A DNA stretch of 64,000 nucleotides from Coriobacteriia bacterium (lineage in GTDB: Bacteria; Actinomycetota; Coriobacteriia; Anaerosomatales; SLCP01), in assembly GCA_007121015.1 (NCBI GenBank), contig SKMN01000028.1, positions 23,653 to 87,652 on the forward strand, in the 5' to 3' direction. The notes below the pieces were generated by a model. The model ran no database searches and was not told the DNA's origin. It was given only the letters and a program-made list of their open reading frames with translations. The position numbers were made by a program, and so were the translations under genes. Below are positions 25,134 to 37,095 of this stretch, in pieces (within the stretch, counting starts at the first letter, position 1; each line of letters opens with the position of its first letter).

Positions 25134-27742
25134 TCCTCGGCCTCGAGCTCTTCGAACTCCTCGCTCACAAGGGCCTCCGCCTCGGCTTCGCGCTCCACCT
25201 CGGACGCCGGGACGGGGCACGCATCCTCAGAGGCGCTCGCCGTTCCCGGTGCCTCTTCCGCGCCGAGCACTCCCTGGCCCTCGGCCACGCGTGGTGGGGC
25301 CGGACGCTTCTTGCCGCCTGCGGAGACACGTGCGATCGCGCGTACGCGGTCGGTCTCGGAGACGTTCATCACCTTGACGCCCTGCGTCGAGCGCCCGAGT
25401 TTCGAGATGTCCTGCGCCCGGACCCTGATCACCACGCCCTCATCGGATATCAGCATGAGCTCGTGGTCGGGCCGGACGATCTTCATGCCAGCAAGCGGCC
25501 CTTTCTTGGGTGTCACCTGGATGGTCTTCACTCCCATGCCGCCGCGCCTCTGCACCGGATACTCGACCACCGGCGTGCGCTTGCCGTATCCGCGCTCTGT
25601 CACAACGAAGAGCTCGCTGTCTGCCGGCGCGATCTCCATGCCGAGCACGGCATCGTCGCCCTTGATCGCCATGCCCTTCACGCCCATGGTACCGCGACCC
25701 ATCGGCCGCGCGTCGGCCTCGTCCCACACGATCGCCTTGCCGTGGGCCGACACCATCATGACCCGCTCGCCCGACCTGACGCGGCGAACGGAGATGAGCT
25801 CATCGTCGCTTCGCAGGTTGATGGCGATGATCCCGTCGCGCCTGGAGCGGTCGTAGGCACTCATCGCCGTCTTCTTGCACATACCCTTCCTCGTCGCGAA
25901 GAGCAGGTAGTCCTCGGCGCCGAACTCACGCGTGTTGATGACGGCTGCGATGCGCTCGTCGGCGGCGAACGGCAGCAGGTTCACGATGGCGGTCCCTCGC
26001 GCGTGCCTCGACCCCACAGGCAGTTCGTGCACCTTGAGGCGGTAGACCTTGCCCGCCGAGGAGAAGAACAACACGTAGTCGTGAGTCGAGCTGATGAAGA
26101 GGTGCTCGACGAAGTCGTTCTCGCGCAGGTTCACCCCGGCTACGCCCTTGCCGCCGCGCTTCTGCTGGCGGTACGTCGCCACCGGGAGGCGCTTGACGTA
26201 GCCCGCCTTCGTGATGGTGACGACCATGTCCTCCTCGGCGATGAGGTCCTCGACGTCGAGGTCGTGGGCGACCGTGGTGATCTCGGTGCGTCGTGGATCG
26301 GCGAACTTCGCGCGGATCTCGGCCATCTCCTCTTTGATGATGTCGAGCACGAGCTGCACGTCGCCGAGCACCTTCTTGTACCAGGCTATGCGCTCGCGCA
26401 ACACGCCGAGCTCCTCTTCGATCTTCGTGCGCTCGAGACCGGTAAGGCGGCGCAGACGCATCTCGAGGATCGCGTCGGTCTGCGCCTCCGAGAGCCCGAA
26501 CCGCTCGATGAGACGACCCTTGGCCTCGCTGTCGTCCGCCGAGGACCGGATGATCGCGATGACCTCGTCGATGTTGTCGAGAGCGATGACGTAGCCCTCG
26601 AGGATGTGTGCGCGTTCCTCGGCCTTGCGAAGTTCGAACTTGGTGCGCCTGGTGATGACCTCTTTCTGGAACTCGATGTAGTGCGAGAGGATCTCTTTGA
26701 GGGTGAGCGTGCGCGGGACGCCGTCGACGAGCGCGAGCATGTTCATGCCGAAGCTCGTCTGCAGCGGCGTGTGCTTGTAGAGCTTGTTGAGCACGACCTG
26801 CGGCACGCACACCTGCTTGAGCTCGATGACGATGCGCATGCCCTTGCGGTCCGACTCGTCACGTAGGTCCGAGATCTCGGTGAGCTTCTTCTCGCGCACG
26901 AGTTCGGCGATCTTGGTTACGAGTTTGGATTTGTTCACGGCGTACGGTATCTCCGTGACGATGATGCGGGTCCGCCCTGTCGAGGTCTGCTCGATGTGGG
27001 CCTTGCCGCGAACGCGGATCGAGCCGCGTCCCGTCGTGTACGCGTCCTGGATACCGTCGCCGCCCATTATCATCGCCCCGGTGGGGAAATCCGGACCCGG
27101 CACCACGCTCATCAGCTCTTCGGTCGTCGTTTCGGGGTTGTCTATGAGCATCGTGGTCGCGTCGATGACTTCACCGAGGTTGTGCGGGGGGATGTTCGTC
27201 GCCATTCCCACGGCGATACCGGCGCTGCCGTTGACGAGCAGGTTCGGGTAGCGGCTCGGCAGGACGACGGGTTCGAGGAGGGACTCGTCGTAGTTGGGTC
27301 CGAAGTCGACGGTCTCCTTGTCGAGGTCGCGGAGCAGCTCCGTCGACACCTTATGCAGCCGTGCTTCCGTATAGCGCATCGCTGCCGCGGAGTCTCCGTC
27401 GACCGACCCGAAGTTCCCATGCCCGTCGATGAGCGGCGCGCGCATCGCCCAGGGCTGCGCCATGCGGACCATCGTGTCGTACACAGCCGCGTCCCCGTGC
27501 GGATGGTACTTACCGATGACCTCTCCGACCGTCCACGCGGACTTCTTGAACGGACGCCCCGGCGTCAGGTTCGACTCGTTCATCGCGTAGAGGATCCGCC
27601 GATGCACCGGTTTGAGTCCGTCACGCACGTCGGGGAGCGCTCGGGACACGATGACGCTCATGGAGTACTCGAGGAAGCTGTCGCGCAGCTCCTGTTGGAT
27701 CTCGATGGGAAGTACCGTGCTACCCGCCATCTCTTCAGCCAC
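25130..27742 (-). CDS. gyrA: DNA gyrase subunit A
   Basis: …[30 protein letters not shown]…[20 protein letters not shown]… plus C-terminal beta-pinwheel repeats and an acidic tail. Start is GTG 27742 or ATG 27730. Confidence 0.97.
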   Translation of the reverse strand: MAEEMAGSTVLPIEIQQELRDSFLEYSMSVIVSRALPDVRDGLKPVHRRILYAMNESNLTPGRPFKKSAWTVGEVIGKYHPHGDAAVYDTMVRMAQPWAMRAPLIDGHGNFGSVDGDSAAAMRYTEARLHKVSTELLRDLDKETVDFGPNYDESLLEPVVLPSRYPNLLVNGSAGIAVGMATNIPPHNLGEVIDATTMLIDNPETTTEELMSVVPGPDFPTGAMIMGGDGIQDAYTTGRGSIRVRGKAHIEQTSTGRTRIIVTEIPYAVNKSKLVTKIAELVREKKLTEISDLRDESDRKGMRIVIELKQVCVPQVVLNKLYKHTPLQTSFGMNMLALVDGVPRTLTLKEILSHYIEFQKEVITRRTKFELRKAEERAHILEGYVIALDNIDEVIAIIRSSADDSEAKGRLIERFGLSEAQTDAILEMRLRRLTGLERTKIEEELGVLRERIAWYKKVLGDVQLVLDIIKEEMAEIRAKFADPRRTEITTVAHDLDVEDLIAEEDMVVTITKAGYVKRLPVATYRQQKRGGKGVAGVNLRENDFVEHLFISSTHDYVLFFSSAGKVYRLKVHELPVGSRHARGTAIVNLLPFAADERIAAVINTREFGAEDYLLFATRKGMCKKTAMSAYDRSRRDGIIAINLRSDDELISVRRVRSGERVMMVSAHGKAIVWDEADARPMGRGTMGVKGMAIKGDDAVLGMEIAPADSELFVVTERGYGKRTPVVEYPVQRRGGMGVKTIQVTPKKGPLAGMKIVRPDHELMLISDEGVVIRVRAQDISKLGRSTQGVKVMNVSETDRVRAIARVSAGGKKRPAPPRVAEGQGVLGAEEAPGTASASEDACPVPASEVEREAEAEALVSEEFEELEAEE

Positions 27743-28294
27743 TTAGAGCACTCCTTGCTTCCGAAGACTACGTACGACCAACCACACTCCGAGAGCCACG
27801 AGGCCCGCGCCCATGAGTCCCATGACTCCAGCCCCGAGGTACGCCGTCGGACCCGACTCGAGCGTCCGCGCAAGCGCCACTCCCGACCACACCACGAGCA
27901 CGAGACCCATCGCGGTCAAGAAGAGGCCCGCGACCATCCCTACCTTCCAAACCTCCGAAGCCGGATCCGGCTCTTCTGCTCGGAGGGCCATCAACATCGC
28001 GTCGACGTTCGCGGCGTCCGGCTCGTCCGCCGCCTCTCGCCCTTCCTGCGCACTATCGACCCGCTTACCCGCCTCGTGTGCCGAGTCCGCAGACACCGCG
28101 CCCTCTGCGCCGATCGCAGACGCGTGTTCTTCAGACAGCGAGCCCTCAGCGTCGGCGTCGGCGCGCTCGGCCTCCGCCACCGCTGCCTCTTCGGCCGCCC
28201 TTTCTCGCTCTCGTGCCAGCTCCTCGAACTGCTCCTTCTCCCACGGCGGCGGCTCGAACGGCTTGGCTGCTCGTCTGTGGGGCTGGTCAGCCAT
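27743..28294 (-). CDS. Hypothetical membrane protein (acidic N-terminal region, two C-terminal TM helices)
   Basis: ATG 28294 lies 13 nt after the gyrB stop, and the TAA stop abuts the gyrA GTG. Sequence is MADQPHRRAAKPFEPPPWEKEQFEELARERERAAEEAAVAEAER… then …VGMVAGLFLTAMGLVLVVW…GLMGAGLVALGVWLVV. No recognisable family. Confidence 0.55.
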   Translation of the reverse strand: MADQPHRRAAKPFEPPPWEKEQFEELARERERAAEEAAVAEAERADADAEGSLSEEHASAIGAEGAVSADSAHEAGKRVDSAQEGREAADEPDAANVDAMLMALRAEEPDPASEVWKVGMVAGLFLTAMGLVLVVWSGVALARTLESGPTAYLGAGVMGLMGAGLVALGVWLVVRSLRKQGVL

Positions 28295-28307
28295 CAGGCA
28301 CGTCCGA

Positions 28308-30287
<1,980 letters not shown>

Positions 30288-30299
30288 TTAACACAATGC

Positions 30300-30878
30300 C
30301 TAGGGTAAACCCCCCGAATCTGTATCTGTGGGCCTCTCAGAGCCTCTCTCCGCGCTCTTTCGTTTCGCTTGAGCCTTTTTCCACTCCAGGTCGCGCATCG
30401 TGGCCCTCATCGCCGCCTCTCGCAGGGCGTCGCCCGGTATCGCTTCGGCCGATCTCTCAACCCACTCCCGCTCCTCTTTCGTGAGCGGCTCTGGCGTGAC
30501 GCGCTCCCCTCCGTAGCCCCTCCTGATCGCACGGTCCACGCGCCTGCGCCGCGCTCGTTCTTCGACCGCGGCGGAAACAGTGAACCGCACCGAACCTACC
30601 AGGCTCTCACCGAGTGCTGAATTCAGTCTTTCCCTGAGGTGTTCGCCCATCAGCGATAGCTCTGCTGCCCAGGCGTGCGAGTCGACATGGACGACGAGCT
30701 CCTCGCCTCGCAGTACAAGACCTGCCGTGTGTCGTGATACATCAGGCCCCACCACGCCGTCCCACACCTCTTCCACCCGCGCCTGAGCCAGTCCCGTGCC
30801 TCTCGCATCCGACCGGGCGATGAGGTCCCGGAGCAGGTCGCCTACGCGAACGGGTCTGCTTGAGCGCTCAGCGCACAT
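30300..30878 (-). CDS. DUF721 (DciA-like) protein
   Basis: ATG 30878 overlaps the recF end by 11 nt. Sequence is MCAERSSRPVRVGDLLRDLIA…VEEVWDGVVGPDVSRHTAGLVLRGEELVVHVDSHAWAAELSLMGEHLRERLN…. This is a typical DUF721 core in the conserved recF-gyrB position, plus a ~80-aa charged C-terminal extension. Confidence 0.8.
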   Translation of the reverse strand: MCAERSSRPVRVGDLLRDLIARSDARGTGLAQARVEEVWDGVVGPDVSRHTAGLVLRGEELVVHVDSHAWAAELSLMGEHLRERLNSALGESLVGSVRFTVSAAVEERARRRRVDRAIRRGYGGERVTPEPLTKEEREWVERSAEAIPGDALREAAMRATMRDLEWKKAQAKRKSAERGSERPTDTDSGGLP

Positions 30879-31995
30879 CGGCGACCTCCACGATCTCTGC
30901 CTCCTCGAGCATCTCCGGGGCGAAGTACGCCAGGTTCGTCGTCGTGAGCAACGCCTGGGGTCCGGACTCCACGAACTCCTGAAGGGCCGCTCTCCGTTTC
31001 TCGTCGAGTTCGGACATGACGTCGTCGAGGAGAAGGACGGGCGTGCATCCAAGCACGGCACCGACCACTTCGGCTTCGGCCATCTTCCAGGCGAGCGCAA
31101 GCGACCGCTGCTGTCCCTGAGACGCGAAGCCGCGCGCCGACAATCCCTCGATCAGCAAGACGAGGTCGTCGCGGTGAGGGCCGACGAGCGTCACCCCTCT
31201 TGCCCGTTCCTTCCGGGACACTCTCTCGAGAGCCTCCCTCATCAACCATTCCACCTCGTCCCTGCTCGCTGCCGCCCATTCGCGTGGAGGCCGGGTCTCT
31301 CCGCCCCATGATGTCTCGAAACGCATCTCTACCCGCTCTCCGACCGAGAGGGTCTCGTAGAAAGGCACGATCGCTTCCTCTATCCGGGATGCGAGACGGG
31401 CCCTGTGGATGAAGAACGAAGCTCCGGTCCTCGCGAGGACCTCGTCCCACTCGACCGTATCTCTCCTCGCCTCGCCCTGCTTCAAGAGAGCGGTCCTTTG
31501 CCTGACGATTTTGCCGTACTCTGACCTCAGGGTCCCGTACGCCGGCGAAAGCTGGGATCCGAGCACATCGAGCGCGTGCCTCCTCACCTCCCCCGACCCC
31601 TTGGCGAGTTGCAGGTCATCGGGCACAAAGGTGACTACGGGGACCCTTCCCGCCACATCAGACGCCTTCCTCTTCTTCGTCCCATCCACGAAGAAACTCT
31701 TTCTCCCCGAGGATTCGACGTCGAGTCCAAGCCTCACCGGAACCAGACCGCGCTCCGCGTCCAACCGCACTCGCGCGAGAGCCTCACCCTCCTTGACGAC
31801 ATCGGGCCACGAGAACTGTCTGAAGGACGTTGCTGACGAGACGAGCGTCACCGCTTCGAGCAGGTTGCTCTTACCGATCGCGTTCGGTCCGACGAGGATC
31901 GTCATACCGGGTCCCGGCCTCACCGTCACCGCTTCGTGGTTCCTGAAGGAGAGGACATCTATCGACCGTATCCGTACCGGCGTACGTTCGTTCAT
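30868..31995 (-). CDS. recF: DNA replication and repair protein RecF
   Basis: 375 aa with Walker A GPNAIGKSNLLEA, signature …SQGQQRSLALAWKMAE… and Walker B …VLLLDDVMSELD…. Confidence 0.95.
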   Translation of the reverse strand: MNERTPVRIRSIDVLSFRNHEAVTVRPGPGMTILVGPNAIGKSNLLEAVTLVSSATSFRQFSWPDVVKEGEALARVRLDAERGLVPVRLGLDVESSGRKSFFVDGTKKRKASDVAGRVPVVTFVPDDLQLAKGSGEVRRHALDVLGSQLSPAYGTLRSEYGKIVRQRTALLKQGEARRDTVEWDEVLARTGASFFIHRARLASRIEEAIVPFYETLSVGERVEMRFETSWGGETRPPREWAAASRDEVEWLMREALERVSRKERARGVTLVGPHRDDLVLLIEGLSARGFASQGQQRSLALAWKMAEAEVVGAVLGCTPVLLLDDVMSELDEKRRAALQEFVESGPQALLTTTNLAYFAPEMLEEAEIVEVADVR

Positions 31996-31996
31996 C

Positions 31997-33103
31997 TCAG
32001 TTGAGACGGACAGGCATCAACAGGTAGAGAAAACCGTCATCTCGAGGACTGGTTATAACGCCAGGTTTAAGGGGGCTCACTATGTCGATATCCACGGTCT
32101 CCCCTCCTGCTGCAGCGAGTCCGTCGAGGAGGAATACGTGGTTGAACGCTATCTCGACGTCTTTTCCTTCCACGGTGGCCATCAGGTCTTCCGATGCGTC
32201 TCCCACCTCGTGGCTCGTCGCCGAGAGGCTCACTGTCTGGTCCTCCGCTCTCACCGTTATCCTCAGCGGCGTATTGTGTTGCGCAAGGAGCGATACTCGC
32301 TTGACAGCGGCTATCAGTTCCTCGCGGGCTACACTCACTTTGGTCTCGGATTCTTTCGGGATGAGCTGCCGATAGTTCGGGAAAGCTCCGTCGATCCTTC
32401 GCGTCACGAACACGGTCCTGCCGAAAGAGAAGACTATCTGGTTCTCTGCTACACCTAAGGAGATATCTTCATTCCCCCCGCTGACACGGGCGACCTCTTC
32501 GAGCACCTTCGCGGGGATCACCACCTCGAGTTTTTCAGCACACCCCCCTTCTATCTCGCTTTCTTTGACGGCAAGGCGGTACGAGTCGGTAGCCACCATC
32601 TTGATCTGCGGCCCTTCTACGGTCACCAGGATCCCCGTCAACACCGGCCTCGTCTCGTCCCTGCTCACAGCCTTTGAGACGTGCTTGATCGTTTCTTTGG
32701 CCGTACCCGCTGGAAGGGAGACCATCGTTTCGCTCTCCACATGGGGAAACTTAGGGAAGTCCTCGTGTGGGAGAACCCTCAGTGCGAACGATGACTGGAG
32801 ACATGTGATAGCGGCCATCTCCCCGTCCACGTCTATCGTCACCGCCGCTTCTGGGAGAGAGCGAACGATGTCACCAAGAAGTTTCCCAGGAAGAACAGCG
32901 GCGCCAGGCCGCTCCACTCCCGCCAGGGACAGCGTTTCCTTTATCGAGACTTCGAGATCCGTTGCTTGAAGGGTGACTTCTCCCGAAGAGTCTGCCGACA
33001 TCAGGATCCCGGAAAGGATAGGTAGGGTCGATCGAGAGGAAAGACCGCGCCCTACGACTCCTAGAGCATCGACCAATTCACCCCGGGACACAGAGAACTT
33101 CAT
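31997..33103 (-). CDS. dnaN: DNA polymerase III subunit beta (sliding clamp)
   Basis: 368 aa: MKFSVSRGELVDALGVVGRGLSSRSTLPILSGILM…ATDLEVSI…ATDSYRLAV…PNYRQLIP…, a typical three-domain clamp. Confidence 0.97.
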   Translation of the reverse strand: MKFSVSRGELVDALGVVGRGLSSRSTLPILSGILMSADSSGEVTLQATDLEVSIKETLSLAGVERPGAAVLPGKLLGDIVRSLPEAAVTIDVDGEMAAITCLQSSFALRVLPHEDFPKFPHVESETMVSLPAGTAKETIKHVSKAVSRDETRPVLTGILVTVEGPQIKMVATDSYRLAVKESEIEGGCAEKLEVVIPAKVLEEVARVSGGNEDISLGVAENQIVFSFGRTVFVTRRIDGAFPNYRQLIPKESETKVSVAREELIAAVKRVSLLAQHNTPLRITVRAEDQTVSLSATSHEVGDASEDLMATVEGKDVEIAFNHVFLLDGLAAAGGETVDIDIVSPLKPGVITSPRDDGFLYLLMPVRLN

Positions 33104-33346
33104 ACTACGTCCTTTCTATATACATCGAGTATTAGTAGTAATAAGGGCTGTGGAAGATGTGGAAAACGTGCCTTCCTTCAGGTGAGAGTGCTTATTCTGG
33201 TCAGGCACAAGATGTTGACAGAGTGTCCCCTCTTTCCACACTATCCCGAGGGTGAGGACGGATGGACCTCGTCTTGAGAATCGTCCAGAAAACGTCCCCT
33301 CTGCGTTCACATCCTTATCCACACCCACAAGGATCCGTACCTCTCA
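33104..33346. other. oriC segment: dnaA-dnaN intergenic region with DnaA boxes and AT-rich unwinding element
   Basis: One perfect TTATCCACA box at 33315-33323. Tandem TGTGGAAGA and TGTGGAAAA at 33149-33166, the reverse orientation of TCTTCCACA and TTTTCCACA. CTTTCCACA at 33232-33240. The most AT-rich tract of the window, ctttctatatacatcgagtattagtagtaataag, lies at 33112-33145. Confidence 0.75.
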
Positions 33347-34756
33347 TCAGTTACGTTGCTTGATAGCGTTCGTCAGAGCCTGTATCTGATTGTAGACTTC
33401 CCTGTCAGCGTTCATCATCTTCTGGATCTTAGCTGTAGCATGCATCACCGTGGTGTGGTCCCTTCCACCGAACTCGGCGCCTATCCTCGGCAGCGAAAGG
33501 TCGGTGAGCTCCCGCGACAGATACATAGCGATCTGCCTCGGATAGACGATGTTCTGAGACCGCTTGTTCCCTGTCAGCTCGGACAGGGATATAGAGTAAT
33601 ACTTAGAGACCTCGCGTTGGATGGTCGAGACAGCGATAGGTCGCGTAGAGCGCTCAGGGAAGATGTCCTTCAGCACGCTTCGCGCGAGATCTATCGTGAC
33701 AGGGCTCCGAGTGAGAGAACTGAACGCCACCACACGGATAAGAGCCCCTTCGAGCTCTCGGATGTTCGAAGAGACCCGGTCGGCGACGAAGGAAACCACG
33801 TCGAAAGGAACCTCGAGACCCTCTGCTTCGATTTTGCGTCTCAAGATGGCGATACGGGTCTCGAGGTCGGGTGGTTGGATGTCCGTCATGAGGCCCATCT
33901 CGAAACGGCTTCTCAATCGTTCCTCGAGCTTCTCTATGTCCTTAGGAGGCCTGTCCGACGACAAGATCACCTGCTTTCCCGCCTGTTGGAGGGTGTTGAA
34001 CGTATGGAAGAATTCCTCCTGGATACCTTCTTTTCCGCGTAGGAACTGTATGTCATCGACGAGTAGTACGTCATTCGTCCGGTACTGGCGCCGGAAGCCG
34101 TCGATCCGCTTCCGGTCACGGTCGCCGATCGAGTTGATGAAGTCGTTGGTGAACTGCTCCGTCGATACATACTTCACCTTCATGTGAGGGAAGCCGAGAA
34201 GGACATACCTCCCTATAGCCTGCAGAAGATGTGTCTTACCGAGACCCACTCCCCCGTAGATGAATAAAGGATTGTATGCGCGCCCGGGAGATTCGGCGAC
34301 GGCGAGGGCTGCGGCGTGAGCGAACTGGTTGGAGGGCCCCATGACATAAGAGTCGAACGAGTACTTGGGGTTGAAGCCGCTGAGGTCGGTCGGTTCTGCT
34401 TTCGTGCCCTCCGGTGAACGGAGAGATTCGGAGATCTCGACAGATGCGGTTTCCGGTGATACCGGGGTGGTTCCCTGATTCCCGGAGGCGTTCTCCGGGA
34501 TAACGAACTCCACGGCCATGGGGCGGCCGCACACTTGGGACAGGGCGGAACGGAGGAGCCCGGAGTATCGCGACTCCAGCCACTCACGGGCGAACTCGTT
34601 CTGGACGCCCACGACGATGCGGTCCTCGAACACGTCGACCGGGGACGTGTGCTCGAACCAGGTCTTGAATGTAGGTGTGTTGAGCTCGGACCTCACGACC
34701 GAGAGAACTTCTTCCCAAACGCGATGGGCTTCCGGGGATGTAGTAATACTGCTCAC
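33347..34756 (-). CDS. dnaA: Chromosomal replication initiator protein DnaA
   Basis: AAA+ Walker [16 protein letters not shown], Walker [10 protein letters not shown], sensor/arginine finger motifs, and C-terminal DNA-binding …[34 protein letters not shown]…. Start placed at GTG 34756, 8 nt after GGAGG; the track start TTG 34771 is the alternative. Confidence 0.97.
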   Translation of the reverse strand: MSSITTSPEAHRVWEEVLSVVRSELNTPTFKTWFEHTSPVDVFEDRIVVGVQNEFAREWLESRYSGLLRSALSQVCGRPMAVEFVIPENASGNQGTTPVSPETASVEISESLRSPEGTKAEPTDLSGFNPKYSFDSYVMGPSNQFAHAAALAVAESPGRAYNPLFIYGGVGLGKTHLLQAIGRYVLLGFPHMKVKYVSTEQFTNDFINSIGDRDRKRIDGFRRQYRTNDVLLVDDIQFLRGKEGIQEEFFHTFNTLQQAGKQVILSSDRPPKDIEKLEERLRSRFEMGLMTDIQPPDLETRIAILRRKIEAEGLEVPFDVVSFVADRVSSNIRELEGALIRVVAFSSLTRSPVTIDLARSVLKDIFPERSTRPIAVSTIQREVSKYYSISLSELTGNKRSQNIVYPRQIAMYLSRELTDLSLPRIGAEFGGRDHTTVMHATAKIQKMMNADREVYNQIQALTNAIKQRN

Positions 34757-34776
34757 CGACCCTGCCTCCAACCCTG

Positions 34777-35592
34777 CTACTGACCGAACATGTTATCGAG
34801 AAAGCGGGCGCCCTCATCGGTAAGGACGCGCTTGCCTGTCTCATCTGCCGCTATCAACCCACTGCTCTCGAGGTGCGCGAGATCCCGGTACGCAGTGGAA
34901 AGCGCTACCGATAGCTCGCGAGAAACGATAGTCGGACCGACCTCTCCTAATTCGAGCACGAGCGAAAGGACTTGCTTCTGCCGTGTACTTATAGGTGGTA
35001 GGGGCAAGAAGGACTGGTGCGCGGTAACCGGTGCCGAGATCCCGGACTCGATGGCGGGCTCAGCACGGGCGGCGGCTGACGTTATCGTGACGACGGTACC
35101 CCGGCCGAGATTGTCTTCGACGATCAGCGCCCCCCCGCAGTGCTCCAGAAAGTCTCGGACGATCGGGAGACCTGAGCCCACGCCACGGATGATGTGCTTC
35201 ATGTCAGCCGTGGCGGTGGTGTAGCCGGGCAGCGTCGCCTTCTCTTTGTCGGGCACACCGGGTCCCTGGTCAGCGAAACGAATGGTGGTTCCGGAGTCCA
35301 TGACCGAGATCACCGGCTCGGTGAAGTCGGCGTGCACGAAGTTCTCGACCACCTCACGGATAACCGTGTACGGCATGGCGCCCCCTGCCTCTCGAGTGAG
35401 CGCATGTACTCGTGCGGAGGCCGTTTCGATGAAGTCGAGGGGGCTGGAGGAGCGGACGTCCTCCGTCCTCGGTGCCGCCGCCGCGGCTTCATATACCGCG
35501 ATCCGTGCCACACACTCGCGCTGCTGGGGCTTGTGATGCTCTGCCGGGGGAGGGTGCTCGTGAGCCTCCCTAAGACCGGTCCTTCGCTCCAT
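34777..35592 (-). CDS. HATPase_c_4-like (Bergerat-fold, RecG-C-terminal-like) protein with C-terminal winged-helix DNA-binding domain; start uncertain
   Basis: …[13 protein letters not shown]…[11 protein letters not shown]…[37 protein letters not shown]… shows N, G1 and G2-like boxes. It is followed by …[49 protein letters not shown]… (wHTH). The stop lies 20 nt before the dnaA GTG. Candidate starts are ATG 35592, ATG 35376 (after AGGGGG) or further upstream; the open frame reaches 36030 but crosses DnaA boxes. Confidence 0.6.
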   Translation of the reverse strand: MERRTGLREAHEHPPPAEHHKPQQRECVARIAVYEAAAAAPRTEDVRSSSPLDFIETASARVHALTREAGGAMPYTVIREVVENFVHADFTEPVISVMDSGTTIRFADQGPGVPDKEKATLPGYTTATADMKHIIRGVGSGLPIVRDFLEHCGGALIVEDNLGRGTVVTITSAAARAEPAIESGISAPVTAHQSFLPLPPISTRQKQVLSLVLELGEVGPTIVSRELSVALSTAYRDLAHLESSGLIAADETGKRVLTDEGARFLDNMFGQ

Positions 35593-35799
35593 GATCGTTG
35601 TCGAGCCACTCGGGGTCTCGTTACCGAAGAAGTTCTTCAACACTCCCCCACCCTTGCCACGGTGCAGCCGCTTCACACCGTTATCAACAGGACTGCAGCT
35701 ATCGCGCCGCTCCCGGAACACCTGCTGAGACGAGTAGCCATCGGCCGTGACCTGGTAAGGCCGAAACCGAACGAAGCCGCCGAGGTGGGACTTTCCGTG

Positions 35800-36193
35800 T
35801 TGTCCACAGATGTTTCCACACCTGTGGAAAGGAGGCGGCCCGTCTGTCGAGTGCAACCCTCGAGCAAGCAGGATATCGAGGGCGCGTGCCCTTCCCCTTC
35901 TTTCCGGCCTGTTGAAAAGACGACTTTCGGCTTCCACCGTGTGTGGATAGTCCTCAAGGCCCCGCGGCCATTGCGCGAACTGCACTTCTCGCGCGAGACA
36001 CTTCCGGTGTGTAGCGAGCGGCTGGCTCATCGAACAAAGCTATAAGCAGGTGTTTTCAAGGAGCGAATCGAAAAACGAGACGACTTGCGGTCGCCGACGA
36101 TTCTAGCAAGACGGCTACTGGTGAACAACGCCGAGAGGCGGGTTATCCACAGGAAGCCCGGTCGCCGGGCCTGGGTTTTCCACACTGTCCACA
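35800..36193. other. oriC segment / dnaA-operon control region: second DnaA-box cluster
   Basis: Seven boxes: TTGTCCACA 35800-35808; GTTTCCACA 35812-35820; TGTGGAAAG 35823-35831; TGTGGATAG 35942-35950; perfect TTATCCACA 36143-36151; adjacent TTTTCCACA 36176-36184 and CTGTCCACA 36185-36193. Confidence 0.7.
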
Positions 36194-36238
36194 GATTTCA
36201 TCCCAGTTTGACGGGTGGCGAGAAGCCGGGTCGCGGGT

Positions 36239-36268
36239 TTGACACTCCGGAAACACCATAGCTATAAT
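36239..36268 (+). promoter_or_regulatory. Consensus sigma70-type promoter of rpmH-rnpA operon
   Basis: TTGACA (36239-36244), an 18-bp spacer, then TATAAT (36263-36268). It lies ~43 nt upstream of the rpmH GTG and just downstream of the DnaA boxes. Confidence 0.7.
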
Positions 36269-36310
36269 CGTCGGGCTTTGCCCCCGATGGGGGCCGGAAT
36301 CGGAGGAATC

Positions 36311-36445
36311 GTGAAGAGGACCTACCAGCCAAACAATCGCAAGCGCAGCAAGGTGCACGGCTTCCGCAAGCGCATGTCGACCCGTGCCGGGCAGCGCATA
36401 CTGGCCAACCGCCGCCGCAAAGGCCGGCACGTCCTCTCCGCCTGA
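36311..36445 (+). CDS. rpmH: 50S ribosomal protein L34
   Basis: GTG 36311 after GGAGGAATC gives [44 protein letters not shown] (44 aa), the canonical L34 sequence. Confidence 0.95.
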   Translation: MKRTYQPNNRKRSKVHGFRKRMSTRAGQRILANRRRKGRHVLSA

Positions 36446-36476
36446 GGGGGCTCTCGGGACAGCTGGAGCGCCAACC

Positions 36477-36806
36477 GTGCGCACGATCCGCTCGAATCGC
36501 GAGATCGAGACCATCTTTCTTCGAGGGCGCCGCGTGGCTCACCCCCTCGTGGTCGCCCTGTACCGCCCGACGGCTGCGGCGGACGGTGATGGCGCGCGCG
36601 TGGCCTTCGTCGCCGGGAAGAAGGTCGGGGGCGCCGTGTCCCGGAATCGAGCGAAAAGGGTCTTGCGCGCCGCCGCTCGCAGGCTAGGCGCTCCCTGGCC
36701 AGGCTACGACGTCGTCTTGATAGCGCGGCCCCTTACCGGCCGCGCGCCCTCCGCGGACCTCGACGCTGCTGTTTCTTCCGTACTGGAACGGGGAGGAGTG
36801 ATCTAG
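36477..36806 (+). CDS. rnpA: Ribonuclease P protein component
   Basis: GTG 36477 gives [29 protein letters not shown]…[28 protein letters not shown]… (RNR motif), 109 aa, in conserved synteny after rpmH. Confidence 0.9.
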   Translation: MRTIRSNREIETIFLRGRRVAHPLVVALYRPTAAADGDGARVAFVAGKKVGGAVSRNRAKRVLRAAARRLGAPWPGYDVVLIARPLTGRAPSADLDAAVSSVLERGGVI

Positions 36807-36807
36807 T

Positions 36808-37035
36808 ATGTGGGTCACAGTCCTCCCCCGCCGGACCGCGGTGCTCGTGCTCCTCGGCTATCAGAAGCTAATCTCCCCCCTGCTCGGTCCTACGTGCCGG
36901 TTCGTGCCATCCTGTTCTGCGTACGCGATGACATCCCTCGAGCGGTATGGTGTACTCAGGGGCGGATGGCTTGCCCTTCGTCGGGTGATCCGATGTCATC
37001 CGTGGAATCCGGGCGGCCACGATCCCGTACCCTGA
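36808..37035 (+). CDS. yidD: Membrane protein insertion efficiency factor YidD
   Basis: 75 aa: …[61 protein letters not shown], the diagnostic YidD sequence. Confidence 0.9.
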   Translation: MWVTVLPRRTAVLVLLGYQKLISPLLGPTCRFVPSCSAYAMTSLERYGVLRGGWLALRRVIRCHPWNPGGHDPVP

Positions 37036-37095
37036 GCGCGTGAGTAGCACTAGAGAGATGAGCCGCCGGTCTACGGCGGATGGACGAGGAGGTTC

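Noticed and set aside
33215-33244. Plus-strand promoter-like TTGACA-18-CACTAT inside the dnaA-dnaN spacer
   Set aside because: It would fire into the 3' end of dnaA in antisense orientation, and its -10 hexamer is poor and overlaps a DnaA box. There is no supporting evidence, so it is treated as chance.
35593-36030. N-terminal 146-codon extension of the HATPase/wHTH ORF (track ORF 34777..36030)
   Set aside because: The extension runs through four DnaA boxes (35800-35950). Its third-position GC is lower than in the rest of the gene by my rough hand count. It translates to an implausible H/R/C/G-rich sequence (…FHRCGNICGQHGKSH…). It is probably oriC DNA kept open by chance. Not fully excluded.
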